A stretch of 64,000 nucleotides of DNA from Micrococcales bacterium (GTDB lineage: Bacteria > Actinomycetota > Actinomycetes > Actinomycetales > Microbacteriaceae), in assembly GCA_024639965.1 (NCBI GenBank), contig JAHEGC010000011.1, positions 12,263 through 76,262 of the forward strand, written 5' to 3'. The translations under genes were made by a program, and so were the position numbers. Shown here in pieces: positions 63,869 to 64,000 of this stretch. The number at the start of each line of letters is the position of its first letter. Position 1 is the stretch's first letter. The notes under the pieces were generated by a model. It was not told the origin of the DNA and did no database searches. It saw nothing but the letters and a program-made list of their open reading frames with translations.

Positions 63869-64000
63869 AAATACATAATATATGGCTCACGGTGCTCGCC
63901 GGCAAGAGCAACGATCACTCCCATCCGGTGCCCGCTTCCGCATATTATGTACAATGCACGCGGTTCGCCGAGCGTGTTTCCCTTTTCGAACCAGGCAACG

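Noticed and set aside
1-64000. Search for CRISPR arrays, transposases, integrases, toxin-antitoxin pairs, restriction-modification or known phage-defence genes, including next to the three tRNAs
   Set aside because: I saw no regularly spaced repeats, no recombinase or transposase-like ORFs and no recognisable defence domains. The tRNA-adjacent clusters lack flanking direct repeats by eye.

Overview
High-GC actinobacterial chromosomal window. The pstB / pheA-serS / tRNA-Ser / LCP synteny looks Microbacteriaceae-like, which is an inference. I call 61 protein-coding genes, one of them frameshifted, plus 3 tRNAs. I saw no rRNA, CRISPR array, transposase, integrase or recognisable phage or defence genes. 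Layout: (1) 0-7.6 kb is housekeeping: pstB, GNAT, DHA2 MFS pump, M15 peptidase, pheA, serS, HAD, tRNA-Ser, LCP ligase. (2) 7.6-18.4 kb holds three tandem paralogues of a divergent sulfotransferase-fold protein, split by a tRNA-Ser, then a GT4 glycosyltransferase. These converge on a minus-strand operon: ssuABC-like importer, cysD, fused cysN-cysC (PAPS synthesis) and an unknown 6-TM protein. (3) 18.6-20.9 kb is a Cys-pair-repeat LAxTG surface protein. (4) 22.8-26.1 kb is a coupled DegT aminotransferase / sulfotransferase / GT61 triad ending at tRNA-Arg. (5) 26.1-33.8 kb is a myo-inositol catabolic cluster with a frameshifted iolD. (6) 35.7-42.4 kb holds a polyprenyl-phosphate GT2, two tandem GT-C paralogues, a divergent sulfotransferase and a flippase-like protein. 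(7) 42.5-64 kb is a catabolic island. It combines a homoprotocatechuate meta-cleavage operon carrying P450 redox partners, a MarR-linked P450, two glutamine-synthetase-like enzymes, three amidotransferase/hydrolase genes, ALDH/ADH genes, an APC permease, an ADC-like protein, gabD and an acyl-CoA dehydrogenase. The most interesting signal is the concentration of five sulfotransferase-fold genes beside glycan-assembly genes, next to a PAPS-generating operon with no reductive-assimilation genes in the window. This suggests an undescribed sulfated cell-envelope glycoconjugate system. All functional calls rest on motif recognition by eye, because no searches could be run.
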